From: an uncultured Clostridia bacterium
GTDB taxonomy: Bacteria; Bacillota; Clostridia; RGIG7378
Direction: 5' to 3'
Length of the DNA stretch: 49,754 nucleotides
Assembly: GCA_964500525.1 (NCBI GenBank)
Contig: CAZCOE010000066.1
Coordinates: forward strand, 1 to 49,754
Position numbers and translations under genes: made by a program. How positions within the stretch are numbered: position 1 is the stretch's first letter; each line of letters starts with the position of its first letter. Positions 1 to 8,960 of this stretch are shown piece by piece. A model generated the notes under the pieces. The model saw only the letters and a list, made by a program, of their open reading frames with translations. It searched no databases and was not told the origin of the DNA.

Positions 1-379
1 CTATGACATCAGTACGAACGAAGTAAATATTAATGTTTTGCTCTCCCCACTCAACACCATGGTCCTGATAACCATCTAAGGCATATCCATACAAAAAGTC
101 TCCCTGAGATGTGTACACACATACTTCATCTTCACTAAGACTACTTTGGACAATAGCAATCAATCCCTGTTCGTTTACATCGAAACAATCAACACCCCTT
201 TTTTCAGGCTCCTCGGCTAGTGGTATTATGCGAACGTTTGACAAAAAAGTGGTTTTCTCTTTCTCTGAGAGTTCTTCCGTTGAAAACCCTGTGCTCATAG
301 CTTTTGCTTCTGTAGTTTCTATGAAGAATAAAGCCAATAGAACAAGAGAAATGATCAAGCAAATTTGATTAAGTTTCAT
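1..379 (-). CDS. hypothetical exported protein; C-terminal part lies outside the window
   Basis: Absent from the ORF track because there is no stop inside the window. My own translation of the minus strand from ATG 379-377 stays open to position 2: MKLNQICLIISLVLLALFFIETTEAKAMSTGF... The N-terminus is hydrophobic and signal-peptide-like. It lies 56 nt downstream of the Fic-like gene. Confidence 0.5.
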   Translation of the reverse strand, partial: MKLNQICLIISLVLLALFFIETTEAKAMSTGFSTEELSEKEKTTFLSNVRIIPLAEEPEKRGVDCFDVNEQGLIAIVQSSLSEDEVCVYTSQGDFLYGYALDGYQDHGVEWGEQNINIYFVRTDVI

Positions 380-435
380 ATTTACCACTCCATATACATG
401 GAATTCACTGCGAAGTCCTGCTTCGCGAACACTTT

Positions 436-1206
436 TCACTTAGCCGTAAACTGGCACATTCCCTGAATGCAGTTGTCATAGAGAAATTGTTTAATCGCTT
501 CCGGCTTTCCATCGTTGTAGAAGCCAAGCAATAAGCTGTTAAAGTGTTCCATATTCCTATCTGTGATCGTAAGCATACCCGCTCCTGCTGAAAGCAGGAT
601 TTTGTTGGCGACTGTCATACTGGTACGCTTGTTGCCATCCCAAAAGAATTGACCTCTTGCGCCCCACAGAAACGCACTCAGCGCCTTTTCGGTGGCTGTA
701 GCGTCCTTGTCCAATATGTCTCGCAGCTCTTGCTCTACTTCAATTTGAACCGGAATAGGCGGTACATAATCTGTACCTGATATGCCTGCGGTTCCGGTAC
801 GCAGCGTGCCCCATTCCAGTGCTTCATTGCGCGCAATAAAGCCGTTTAGCTTACAGATATAGTCAAGGGTCAATGGTTCTGAAAACGTATTCAACAGGAA
901 GCGCCATGCGTCCCGCATATTGAGAATGGCCTGTATATCGTCAAGCTGCACTTCGGGAACATTAACGCCGTTTAATATGGTTTGTGTCTGTGGAAATGTG
1001 ACTGCACGGTTTTCCATGCGCATACCGCAATAGACATTCTCGTCCCACCTCTTTTTTGCAAAAAAGCGGCTTTGCTCAGGATTAAGGTTATATTTGTCGG
1101 CTAAGTTCAAGTCTGTACATCCTTCTGCTATGGTTTCCATCTTTGTATAGAAAAGTATGGTTTTCGCCTTTTCTCCAACCTCATCATACCACATATCCCA
1201 GGTCAC
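436..1206 (-). CDS. Fic/DOC-fold protein with a degenerate, Doc-like core motif
   Basis: 256 aa. The segment ARGQFFWDGNKRTSMTVAN aligns to the Fic/Doc core HxFx(D/E)(G/A)N(G/K)R but has Gln where the catalytic His is expected. Confidence 0.6.
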   Translation of the reverse strand: MTWDMWYDEVGEKAKTILFYTKMETIAEGCTDLNLADKYNLNPEQSRFFAKKRWDENVYCGMRMENRAVTFPQTQTILNGVNVPEVQLDDIQAILNMRDAWRFLLNTFSEPLTLDYICKLNGFIARNEALEWGTLRTGTAGISGTDYVPPIPVQIEVEQELRDILDKDATATEKALSAFLWGARGQFFWDGNKRTSMTVANKILLSAGAGMLTITDRNMEHFNSLLLGFYNDGKPEAIKQFLYDNCIQGMCQFTAK

Positions 1207-1242
1207 AACATACTAGCTGCAATAGTTTGCCCTTTTGACCAA

Positions 1243-1289
1243 ACAAAAAAAGCCTGTAAATAGGCGAAATATCGCATGAATACAGGCTT
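1243..1289 (-). terminator. rho-independent terminator after rpsI
   Basis: On the minus strand, AGCCTGTA (1288-1281) pairs with TACAGGCT (1258-1251). A T-run follows (plus-strand A-run 1243-1250). It sits 14 nt after the rpsI stop. Confidence 0.8.
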
Positions 1290-1302
1290 TGAGTTTGAAT
1301 AA

Positions 1303-1698
1303 TTAACGCTTGCTGAACTGGGGAGCCTTACGAGCCTTCTTGAGACCGTACTTACGACGCTCCTTCATTCTGGGATCACGTGTCAGGAATCCGGCCTTCT
1401 TAAGTGCAGGTCTGAAATCAGCGTCTGCCTTAACAAGGGCTCTGGAAATGCCATGTCTGATAGCACCGGCCTGGCCTGTGAATCCGCCACCATGTACATT
1501 GGCAATAACGTCATATGCTGCCAGTGTGTCGGTGAGGTTCATGGGCTGTCTGACGATGGTCTTGAGTGTCTCGAGACCAAAGTAGTTGTCGATGTCTCTG
1601 CCGTTAATATCAATTTTGCCTGTTCCGGGAACCAGTCTGATTCTGGCTACAGAAGTCTTTCTCCTGCCTGTGCCCAAATACTGTTGAACCTTAGCCAT
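1303..1698 (-). CDS. rpsI: 30S ribosomal protein S9
   Basis: 131 aa: [22 protein letters not shown]...[12 protein letters not shown]. Typical S9 N- and C-termini, directly downstream of rplM. Confidence 0.97.
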   Translation of the reverse strand: MAKVQQYLGTGRRKTSVARIRLVPGTGKIDINGRDIDNYFGLETLKTIVRQPMNLTDTLAAYDVIANVHGGGFTGQAGAIRHGISRALVKADADFRPALKKAGFLTRDPRMKERRKYGLKKARKAPQFSKR

Positions 1699-1711
1699 TT
1701 ATGTCTCCCTC

Positions 1712-2146
1712 CTACTCTGCAAGTGTGAGAACCTCAGGCTGCTGTGCCTGGTGCTCATGCTCCGGTCCTGCATAGACCTTGAGCTTCCTGTACATCTGTC
1801 TGCCCAAAGCGTTCTTGGGAAGCATACCCTTAACAGCCAGCTCAACAACCCTCTCAGGATTCTTGGCCATCAACTTGCCTGCCGATACATCCTTGAGTCC
1901 TCCGGGATATCCGCTGTGACGATAGTAGTGCTTCTTCTCCAGCTTCTTGCCGGTGAGAACCACCTTGTCAGCATTAACTACAATAACATAGTCTCCGGTA
2001 TCCAGATTAGGCGTAAAGGTGGGCTTGTTCTTGCCTCTCAGCACTGCTGCAACCTGGCTGGCCAGTCTGCCGAGAGTCATACCGCTTGCATCAACAACAT
2101 ACCATTTTCTCTCAATGGAGTTGCCTTTAACAACATAAGTGTTCAT
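1712..2146 (-). CDS. rplM: 50S ribosomal protein L13
   Basis: The ORF track extends to 2194. I prefer ATG 2146 ([20 protein letters not shown]...) because GGAGGG lies 6 nt upstream. The L13 signature is KWYVVDA...GRLAS. Confidence 0.95.
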   Translation of the reverse strand: MNTYVVKGNSIERKWYVVDASGMTLGRLASQVAAVLRGKNKPTFTPNLDTGDYVIVVNADKVVLTGKKLEKKHYYRHSGYPGGLKDVSAGKLMAKNPERVVELAVKGMLPKNALGRQMYRKLKVYAGPEHEHQAQQPEVLTLAE

Positions 2147-2231
2147 GTAAAACCCTCCGATAAACATCGCGAAATAGCGTGGTAAACCACGCAACAGGTG
2201 ACATTCTAATATGAGTGATGCACCTTGTCAA
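2147..2231 (-). promoter_or_regulatory. rplM-rpsI promoter plus short structured leader
   Basis: Minus strand: TTGACA (2231-2226), 17-nt spacer, TAGAAT (2208-2203). The leader contains the perfect hairpin GCGTGG-tttA-CCACGC (2177-2192). It could correspond to the ribosomal L13 leader type known in low-GC Gram-positives; I did not verify this. Confidence 0.55.
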
Positions 2232-2341
2232 CAGTTATTTTTTAAATTTTCCGATTATTTTAATTTATCCCGACTAAAGCCCTGTTTTTCTGCGTTTTTG
2301 GGCGTTTTCGCGGCCATTTCATAGGGTTGGGCTGATTTTTA

Positions 2342-3082
2342 TCAGTACTTTACCTCCATCAGCATAAGTCCGCAGGGGGTCAGTGTCTTGCCTCCCAGCT
2401 TTCGACTGCCTGAGGCGATTATATCCGGGATGCTGTCGGCGGGTATTTTCCCAATGCCGACAAACAGCAATGTGCCTGCAATAATCCGGACCATGTTGTA
2501 GAGGAAACCTGTCCCCTCTATGTCAATGGCCACCACATTGGGGGCAATTTGACATACATCGCAGCGCAGTATTCGCCGGATTGTGGATTTGGCAGTGCCT
2601 CCTGAGGCCTGAAAGCCCCTGAAGTCATGCTCCCCCACAAATGCCCGGGCCGCCTGCTGCATTTTCTCAATATCCGGAGTCTTGGGGCTGTAATAGGCAT
2701 AGCGATTCCACAGTGCCTGGGGAGAAATGCCATACTGAATGCAATATCTGTATCTCTTGCTCTTTGCCCTGAATCTGGCGTTAAAGTCCTCCGGTGCCTC
2801 ACAGCTGGACAGCACCTTGAGATCCTGAGGCAACAGCACATTCAAGGCATAGGAAAACCGCTCCGGCGGAATGTTGGACTCGGTTTTGAAATTGGACACA
2901 TGGGCTGCCGCATGGACTCCCGCATCTGTCCGACTGCATCCATAGAGTGTTATCTTCTCATCTGTCAATTGGGAAATGGCATCCTGCAGTGTCTGCTGCA
3001 CCGATCGACCGTTGTCCTGACACTGCCACCCGCAGAAGTCTGTGCCGTCATATTGAGTTATCAGCTTTATATTCTTCTTCAT
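2342..3082 (-). CDS. truA: tRNA pseudouridine(38-40) synthase TruA
   Basis: 246 aa: KLITQYDGTDFCGWQ...GCSRTDAGVHA (catalytic Asp motif)...FLYNMVR. Confidence 0.93.
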   Translation of the reverse strand: MKKNIKLITQYDGTDFCGWQCQDNGRSVQQTLQDAISQLTDEKITLYGCSRTDAGVHAAAHVSNFKTESNIPPERFSYALNVLLPQDLKVLSSCEAPEDFNARFRAKSKRYRYCIQYGISPQALWNRYAYYSPKTPDIEKMQQAARAFVGEHDFRGFQASGGTAKSTIRRILRCDVCQIAPNVVAIDIEGTGFLYNMVRIIAGTLLFVGIGKIPADSIPDIIASGSRKLGGKTLTPCGLMLMEVKY

Positions 3083-3143
3083 TTATTCATATATGTAGTT
3101 TTCTGAATATTTATTGCAAATACCTTTAATGTTTGTTAGAAAT

Positions 3144-3158
3144 GTGAATAATATTCAC
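3144..3158. promoter_or_regulatory. candidate operator (inverted repeat GTGAAT-aat-ATTCAC) in the truA / XRE divergent region
   Basis: 6-bp arms seen directly, located about 75 nt upstream of the XRE-family gene start. Confidence 0.25.
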
Positions 3159-3231
3159 TTTTACTAATATAAGTCCCCATGACATAATTATTTTCGACAA
3201 ATAGAATCAATTTAATCTATCAGGAGTAAAA

Positions 3232-3639
3232 ATGTTAAGCAATATAATCCGTTTTTTCAGGAAGTTGTCCGGCATGTCACAGGAACAATTGGCATCCCGG
3301 CTCCATGTAGACCGTACACTGATAAGCAAGTACGAAAGCGGCCTGGTAGAGCCCAGCTTTGGCACCCTGACGAATATAGCAGACCTGCTTCAGGTGGACA
3401 TTGTGGTGTTCTGCCTCTGCCTGGAGCTATCCAAGTACAGCCTGAACGAGGGCAAAAAGCTATTGTTTGAAACGGACCAGATTGAAATAGCCCATTATCT
3501 GGAGTCCTCCTGGAACTCCAGCACCTGCGGGCTCATTAACCCATACAACACCATCTCCGGGCTGTCCCCCAGTGAGCGCCTGTTGGTGCTGCAATATCTG
3601 GAGGACCTTCACGGACAACAGGTTACTTCATACTATTGA
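3232..3639 (+). CDS. XRE-family helix-turn-helix transcriptional regulator
   Basis: 135 aa. The N-terminus IRFFRKLSGMSQEQLASRLHVDRTLISKYESGLVEPSFGTLTNIADLLQV is a classic HTH_3 pattern. The 3' end overlaps the convergent gltX by 17 nt. Confidence 0.8.
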   Translation: MLSNIIRFFRKLSGMSQEQLASRLHVDRTLISKYESGLVEPSFGTLTNIADLLQVDIVVFCLCLELSKYSLNEGKKLLFETDQIEIAHYLESSWNSSTCGLINPYNTISGLSPSERLLVLQYLEDLHGQQVTSYY

Positions 3640-5284
3640 GACAGCTCTGCAGCCTTTCCTTAACCATATCTGCCCCCATAATCTGCATACATGAATACAA
3701 ATCAGGGGAGTTCTGCCTGCCGCATATTGCAACTCTGAGCACCATAGTGGTGTCTCCGGGATTGCCTCTGAACTGATCCGGGGCGGCCTTGTACTCCTTG
3801 GTAGATGTGGCGAATCCAATTTCACCGGAGTATTTGCATATTGTGCCGAACCACTGCTGCATATCCTCTGCAGGATTATATATTGATCCGTAGTCCTTGA
3901 GAATACGCTGCACATCCTCTTCCGCAATGTGCTGAGGCATAGTGTAGTCCGGATTAAAGAACTGAGGATAGAAGAAGCTCATGTAGTCCTTGACCTCGCT
4001 CCACAGGGCCAGGTCCTTGCGAGGCTTTTTCCCGCCGCGGCCAATAGCCAATATTGCCTTGGCATATTCCGGATCTGCAGTCATAGCATTGTACAGCTCC
4101 GTATCGAACTCCCGGGCCCAATCGGTTACAGCCTGATATACCTGCTCCGCCGACATTCTGGCTATTACATTTTTGCTCACATCCCTGAACTTGTCCATAT
4201 CGAAGAGGGTTCCGGATACGCTCATTTTCTTAAGCGAGAAGGGAAAGTCCTCCAGGGGTGCCTCGGGATTTGCCATGCGCCAGTCCTCAAAGTTGGAGTT
4301 GATAACAGTCATCAGATATTCCTTAACAGACTCCGGAGGATATCCCTCTGTCCTGTAGTAGTCCAGGGACGCCTCAGGGTCCTTGCGCTTGGACAGCTTG
4401 CGCTTTTTGTCGCCGTCCACCTTCATCATATGGGAGGTATGGGCAAACTTGGGCATCTTGAATCCCAGGGCGCCGAACAGCTGAATATGCCAGCTGAGGG
4501 TAGACAGCCACTCTTCGCCTCGGACCACAACCGATGTGCCCATCAGGTGGTCGTCTACCACATGGGCAAAGTGATATGTGGGAATTCCATCGGACTTGAG
4601 CAATACAAAGTCCTGATTGTTCTCAGGAACAGTAATTTTGCCTTTAATCATATCGTCAATGCTGACGGTTTTGTCCGGATTCCCCTGGGAGCGGAATCTG
4701 ACTACAAAGGGCTTGCCCTCTGCAATGAGCTGAGCTACCCGGTCCACATCCATATCTCTGTGGACTGCATATTCTCCATAATATCCCGGATTGTCATGTC
4801 TCTGCTCCTGGAGTTTGCGCATCTGCTCCAGGTCCTCTTCAGTGCAGAAGCAGGGGTATGCCTTGCCCTCCAACACCAATTTCTTGGCGTAGGCCTGGTA
4901 AATTGCCGCCCGCTGTCTCTGATAGTATGGGCCGTATTCGCCTATCTCTCCCTGGGCGGTGACGCCCTCGTCGATATGGAGTCCATACTGGGCAAACACC
5001 TTGGTGATGAGTTCCACTGCTCCCGGCACCTGCCTCTTAAGGTCGGTGTCCTCGATGCGCAGAATGAATTTGCCGCCGCTCTGGTGAGCCAGCCTCTCGT
5101 CCACTATGGCGCCGTACAGGTTTCCCAGATGCATAAAGCCGGTGGGGCTGGGGGCCATACGGGTAATCTTGGCTCCCTGGGCCAGATTGCGAGGTGGAAA
5201 TATTGTCTCATACTCCTCCGGTGTCTTCAGCTCCTGAGGAAACATTAATGCCGCTAAACGCTGATAATCCATTTTCTTCTCCAA
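3623..5284 (-). CDS. gltX: glutamate--tRNA ligase (long clostridial-type GluRS)
   Basis: 553 aa. RMAPSPTGFMHLGN (class I HIGH motif in the GluRS context PSPTG), ILRIEDTD, KLSKRK (KMSKS). Confidence 0.85.
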   Translation of the reverse strand: MEKKMDYQRLAALMFPQELKTPEEYETIFPPRNLAQGAKITRMAPSPTGFMHLGNLYGAIVDERLAHQSGGKFILRIEDTDLKRQVPGAVELITKVFAQYGLHIDEGVTAQGEIGEYGPYYQRQRAAIYQAYAKKLVLEGKAYPCFCTEEDLEQMRKLQEQRHDNPGYYGEYAVHRDMDVDRVAQLIAEGKPFVVRFRSQGNPDKTVSIDDMIKGKITVPENNQDFVLLKSDGIPTYHFAHVVDDHLMGTSVVVRGEEWLSTLSWHIQLFGALGFKMPKFAHTSHMMKVDGDKKRKLSKRKDPEASLDYYRTEGYPPESVKEYLMTVINSNFEDWRMANPEAPLEDFPFSLKKMSVSGTLFDMDKFRDVSKNVIARMSAEQVYQAVTDWAREFDTELYNAMTADPEYAKAILAIGRGGKKPRKDLALWSEVKDYMSFFYPQFFNPDYTMPQHIAEEDVQRILKDYGSIYNPAEDMQQWFGTICKYSGEIGFATSTKEYKAAPDQFRGNPGDTTMVLRVAICGRQNSPDLYSCMQIMGADMVKERLQSCLNSMK

Positions 5285-5294
5285 TTAGTCCGTT

Positions 5295-6227
5295 CTATTC
5301 TTCTATCAGGGTGTATGCCCTTACATAATCTACCAGGAATGCGTCCGGCAGTGCATCTGCATCAGGCAAACCGGTCCAGCTGCCTGTCTCCACGGTTACC
5401 TTCATATAGAGGGGAACCTGGCAAATGCCTCCTGGAATATCCTTCTCCGACAATCTCCATACAGGCTTGCCATCGATGTAGAATACATACTTGTTGGGTG
5501 TCCACAACAGGCCGAACTTGTGGTAGCCGGAGTATATCCCCTCCACATGTGTATCGGTGGCCTGGCTGTGGAGACTATGTCCTCCCCGCCCGCTGTCATC
5601 GTCATAGTGAATGGCATGGCCCACCACGTCCCTGTTGTAGTATGGGGACTCCAATATATCTATCTCTGTGCCGTCCTCTGCGGAGCCGTCTGCATTGGCC
5701 ACACCGTCACAATAGAGCCAGAATGCGCACCAATAGCCGGGGATCTGGTTGAGCTGACAGCATATTTCAAAATAGCCATACTTCTGGGTGTAGGTGTTGA
5801 TGGTTCTGATAGCGCCGGACTTGTATACCCCGTCCTCACATACCATGGACAATTTAAGCTTGCCATCCTCCACCTTTACCTGATGCCAATCCCAGCGGTT
5901 GCCCAGGTCCTGTCTCTCCCAGGAAGGACAGTAGTTCCACAGTCCAAAATCCAGTTCATCTCCCTCAAACTCATCCTCGAAGGCCAGCTTGCATTTATAG
6001 CCGCCTACTTTGATTACGTCCTCCGGATCCGGGGTAGCAGTTGCATCCGGGGCAGCAGTTGTCTCCGGTGTGGCGGTTGCCTCCGGAGTGGCTGACGCAT
6101 CCGGAGTGACCTCAGGTGATGGCGCTGCTGTGGTGTCACCCTGGGGATCCCTGCATGCGGAGGCAAACAGGGCCATGGTCACCAGCAAAACAGCAAGCAG
6201 AATCATTTTTAAGTGTCTTGTATTCAT
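5295..6227 (-). CDS. GH16-family beta-glucanase-like lipoprotein
   Basis: 310 aa. Signal peptide with lipobox LFASAC, a Pro/Thr/Ala-rich linker, and the catalytic-type motif EIDILE (ExDxxE). Confidence 0.75.
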   Translation of the reverse strand: MNTRHLKMILLAVLLVTMALFASACRDPQGDTTAAPSPEVTPDASATPEATATPETTAAPDATATPDPEDVIKVGGYKCKLAFEDEFEGDELDFGLWNYCPSWERQDLGNRWDWHQVKVEDGKLKLSMVCEDGVYKSGAIRTINTYTQKYGYFEICCQLNQIPGYWCAFWLYCDGVANADGSAEDGTEIDILESPYYNRDVVGHAIHYDDDSGRGGHSLHSQATDTHVEGIYSGYHKFGLLWTPNKYVFYIDGKPVWRLSEKDIPGGICQVPLYMKVTVETGSWTGLPDADALPDAFLVDYVRAYTLIEE

Positions 6228-6239
6228 TGTTCCTCCTCC

Positions 6240-6276
6240 AATTTATAAACAGGCGGCCCAGTCTCCCCGGCCGCCT
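6240..6276 (-). terminator. probable terminator after the ROK-like gene
   Basis: Perfect 8-bp stem AGGCGGCC / GGCCGCCT (6251-6258 / 6269-6276) with a 10-nt loop. On the minus strand it is followed by GTTTATAAATT. Confidence 0.5.
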
Positions 6277-6291
6277 AAAACTTGACAAATT

Positions 6292-7665
6292 TTACTTAAT
6301 CTCAGGCAAGCTGGCTGCAGCGACAGACTGTCCCACTCTCCTGGAACTCTCATCGGGAATGTGGAGCTGGATGTCCTTAAGCTCAGGGAACTCGGTGTTA
6401 AGCACCTTCTGGGCCTCCTCCAGGATCAGCACACCGCCGTTGCCGGATGTAACTCTGCCCATAATGAGCACGTGCTTGATGCCATAGAACATGGCATAGT
6501 AGGCAATTGCATAGCCAAAGTACACGCCGATGGTTCTGTATATCTGCTCCGCCCTGTTGTCTCCCTCTGCCATAAGGCCCTGAACTACCTTGAGCTTCTC
6601 AGCAGGAGACAGATTCTCATCCAGCTGAATGCCTGCAAGAGGTGCCAGCTTGATAACTGCGTCCTGGGAGAAATACTTGACTCCGCAGCCGTAGTCACCG
6701 GACCACTCGTCCACCATGGAGTCAGGGTTGAAGTCCACAGGGATAAATGCGAACTCGTTGAGCCAGCCTGTAATGTTGCCCTGGCTGTCCACGTAACCTG
6801 CAGCCTCGCTGGTTCCCATGGCAATGCCCAGAACCTGGTCATCCTCCAGGTCCATAGCTCCTGCCAAAGCCGTTACGTCTCCGTCGTTGGCAACCTCCAG
6901 AGGTACATCCGGGCCAAACTCCTTGGCTATATCGATGTACATGTTCTTGACTCTCTTCTCGAAGTCCTCGGGTGCCACCTTGAGGAACAGGGATGCCACC
7001 ATGATCTTGTTGTCGATATACACTCCTGCAGAGGAAACGCCAATGCCATCGACTCTGGGCATGTGCTCTGCAGCCCGCCTCATGGAGTCCATAATGCCGT
7101 CATATTGATATTGGGGATCTGCGTTCAGCTTGGGGAACCAGACTACCTCCTCGGAGTAAACTGCCTCGCCGTCTATAACTGCGCTGACCTTGCGGTCGGA
7201 GCCTCCTGCATCAAAGCCGATGCGGCAGCCGTTAAGATGCCTGCCTACAGGGGCTGCTGCCTCTGCATCTACAGGTGCATTGGACAACTCTGCATAATCC
7301 ACCTCAAAGGGTCTCTCATATACGCCGCTCATGAAATTGCGGTCGAAATCCCTGAGACCACCCTGGCTGTAGGCCTGGGCAATGTAGTCAGCCATGGGCT
7401 TGGAGCCTGCAATAATAATCCTGTATCCCCCTCTTGCCCAGAGCAATGTCTTGACAAGACGCTCAACATATGCAGCGTTCTCCCGGTCGTGGCCGGTGCC
7501 GTCCTGATAGATTTTGGTGGCATATGTGGACATAAAGCCCTTGTTCCGCTGGATACCGATAACGATATCCTGGGCATTGTCTCCCAGACCTGCCAGAAAA
7601 TCCCTTACGTATACTGACATGGGCATAAAGCCCTTGTCCAGGTATGTGTTACACTTAAGCTTCAT
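6292..7665 (-). CDS. ROK/ASKHA-type sugar-kinase-like protein with an N-terminal extension of about 150 aa
   Basis: The preferred start, ATG 7665 (MKLKCNTYLDKG...), has GGAGGAG upstream and overlaps the nagA stop. The C-terminal 300 aa carry ROK-like motifs (FDAGGSD, GVSSAGV, ANDGDVTALAG, GTSEAAG). I do not recognise the N-terminal domain. Confidence 0.6.
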   Translation of the reverse strand: MKLKCNTYLDKGFMPMSVYVRDFLAGLGDNAQDIVIGIQRNKGFMSTYATKIYQDGTGHDRENAAYVERLVKTLLWARGGYRIIIAGSKPMADYIAQAYSQGGLRDFDRNFMSGVYERPFEVDYAELSNAPVDAEAAAPVGRHLNGCRIGFDAGGSDRKVSAVIDGEAVYSEEVVWFPKLNADPQYQYDGIMDSMRRAAEHMPRVDGIGVSSAGVYIDNKIMVASLFLKVAPEDFEKRVKNMYIDIAKEFGPDVPLEVANDGDVTALAGAMDLEDDQVLGIAMGTSEAAGYVDSQGNITGWLNEFAFIPVDFNPDSMVDEWSGDYGCGVKYFSQDAVIKLAPLAGIQLDENLSPAEKLKVVQGLMAEGDNRAEQIYRTIGVYFGYAIAYYAMFYGIKHVLIMGRVTSGNGGVLILEEAQKVLNTEFPELKDIQLHIPDESSRRVGQSVAAASLPEIK

Positions 7666-8800
7666 ACTTGGTCTCTCCTCCGATGATGGTCTTGTAAATC
7701 CTGAAATCTCCATCTGCGATTACCAGGTCAGCGTCCTTGCCTACCTGAATAGAACCCTTGGAATCAGCAACACCGATGGCCTTGGCGGGATTAGCTGTTG
7801 CCAGACGAACAGTCGCCGGAATAGACAGGTTGGTATTCTGGTGGAAGTTCCTGAGGCCGTCGTTCATGCGAAGCACGCTGCCTGCAATGGTGCCGTCCTC
7901 CAGCCTGCACTCGATGCCCTTAACAATAGTCTTCTGTCCGCCCAGAGAGTATTCACCGTCGGCCATTCCCCCTGCTCTGGTGCAGTCGGTAATCAGGATA
8001 AGGTTGTCGCCCTTGAGATTATATACCAGCTGGAACAGGTTCTTGTTCACATGGAATGTGTCTGCAATGAGCTCCGTTGTAACAGGGGATGTGAGAGCTG
8101 CTCCCACCACTCCGGGAGCTCTGTGGGTAAGGGCTGACTGGGCGTTGAACAGGTGGGTTACGTGGCCTACACCTGCCTGGATCGCAGCCACAGCTGTCTC
8201 GAATGTGGCGTCTGTATGTCCCATGGATACCAGAACATTGGTCTCTGATGTGATTTCCCTGATAGCAGCAAAATCCTTGTCCATCTCGGGAGCCATAGTG
8301 ATAACCTTGATAATATCGGCGTTCTTCTTGACGTAGTCCGGGTCAGGCTGCTGGATGCATTCCTCTTTCTGGGCGCCCTTCTTCTTGGGATTGATAAATG
8401 GGCCCTCGGAATGGGTCCCCAGAATCTGGGCTCCGTTCCATGTGCGGCTCATGGGCATAGCCTGTCTGATGCACTCAAAGGCTGTATCAATCTCCTCCTG
8501 AGACACTGTCATGGTGGTTGGCAGCCAGGCGGTTACGCCGTTCTTCATAATACCGTTGGACATAATCTTCAGGCCCTCTACGGTGCCGTCGGAGGTGTCC
8601 TCACCCAGATATCCATGAATATGTATATCGATGAAGCCGGGCATAACATAGCGGCCGCCGGCGTCAATCACATCCAGGTCCCCAAGTCCCGCAATCTCAC
8701 TCTCATCCACGATCCGGCGAATCTGGGAATCGTAAATCAGAGCCTTGTTCTCCAGGATCTCGTTGCTCGTAACAATCAGACAATTCTTAATGCATTTCAT
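7655..8800 (-). CDS. nagA: N-acetylglucosamine-6-phosphate deacetylase
   Basis: 381 aa. GFIDIHIHG metal motif, MGHTDAT, HLFNA, ITDC: typical NagA amidohydrolase landmarks. Confidence 0.9.
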   Translation of the reverse strand: MKCIKNCLIVTSNEILENKALIYDSQIRRIVDESEIAGLGDLDVIDAGGRYVMPGFIDIHIHGYLGEDTSDGTVEGLKIMSNGIMKNGVTAWLPTTMTVSQEEIDTAFECIRQAMPMSRTWNGAQILGTHSEGPFINPKKKGAQKEECIQQPDPDYVKKNADIIKVITMAPEMDKDFAAIREITSETNVLVSMGHTDATFETAVAAIQAGVGHVTHLFNAQSALTHRAPGVVGAALTSPVTTELIADTFHVNKNLFQLVYNLKGDNLILITDCTRAGGMADGEYSLGGQKTIVKGIECRLEDGTIAGSVLRMNDGLRNFHQNTNLSIPATVRLATANPAKAIGVADSKGSIQVGKDADLVIADGDFRIYKTIIGGETKYEA

Positions 8801-8960
8801 ACAGACATCTCCTATATTTCAAAACTATTACATATTAGGTTCTATCGACCACACTATATCACAAACAGAGAAAAGCATAAAGAAAAAACTGGTGCGATAA
8901 GTTGCCTCTTTCGGCATTTTGTCATTCGATATATAATTAGTCGGTATAGGAGGTGCCAAC

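Noticed and set aside
111-368. 85-aa plus-strand ORF at the left edge
   Set aside because: It is antisense to the open minus-strand frame that starts at 379 with a signal peptide. No start signals were seen.
3929-5248. 439-aa plus-strand ORF, plus several shorter ones, opposite gltX
   Set aside because: It lies entirely antisense to a CDS with unmistakable GluRS motifs. It has no RBS, and its Leu/Arg/Gly-rich composition is typical of a shadow frame in GC-balanced coding DNA.
6010-6110. Repetitive DNA (GGTGTGGCGGTTGCCTCCGGAGTGGC...) in the 5' part of the GH16 gene
   Set aside because: It encodes the Pro/Thr/Ala-rich linker (TPDASATPEATATPETTAAPDATATP) after the lipoprotein signal peptide. 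It is an ordinary low-complexity linker, not a separate element.
6361-8336. Long plus-strand ORFs (418, 207 and 192 aa) opposite the ROK-like gene and nagA
   Set aside because: These are shadow frames of well-supported minus-strand genes. No motifs or start signals were seen.
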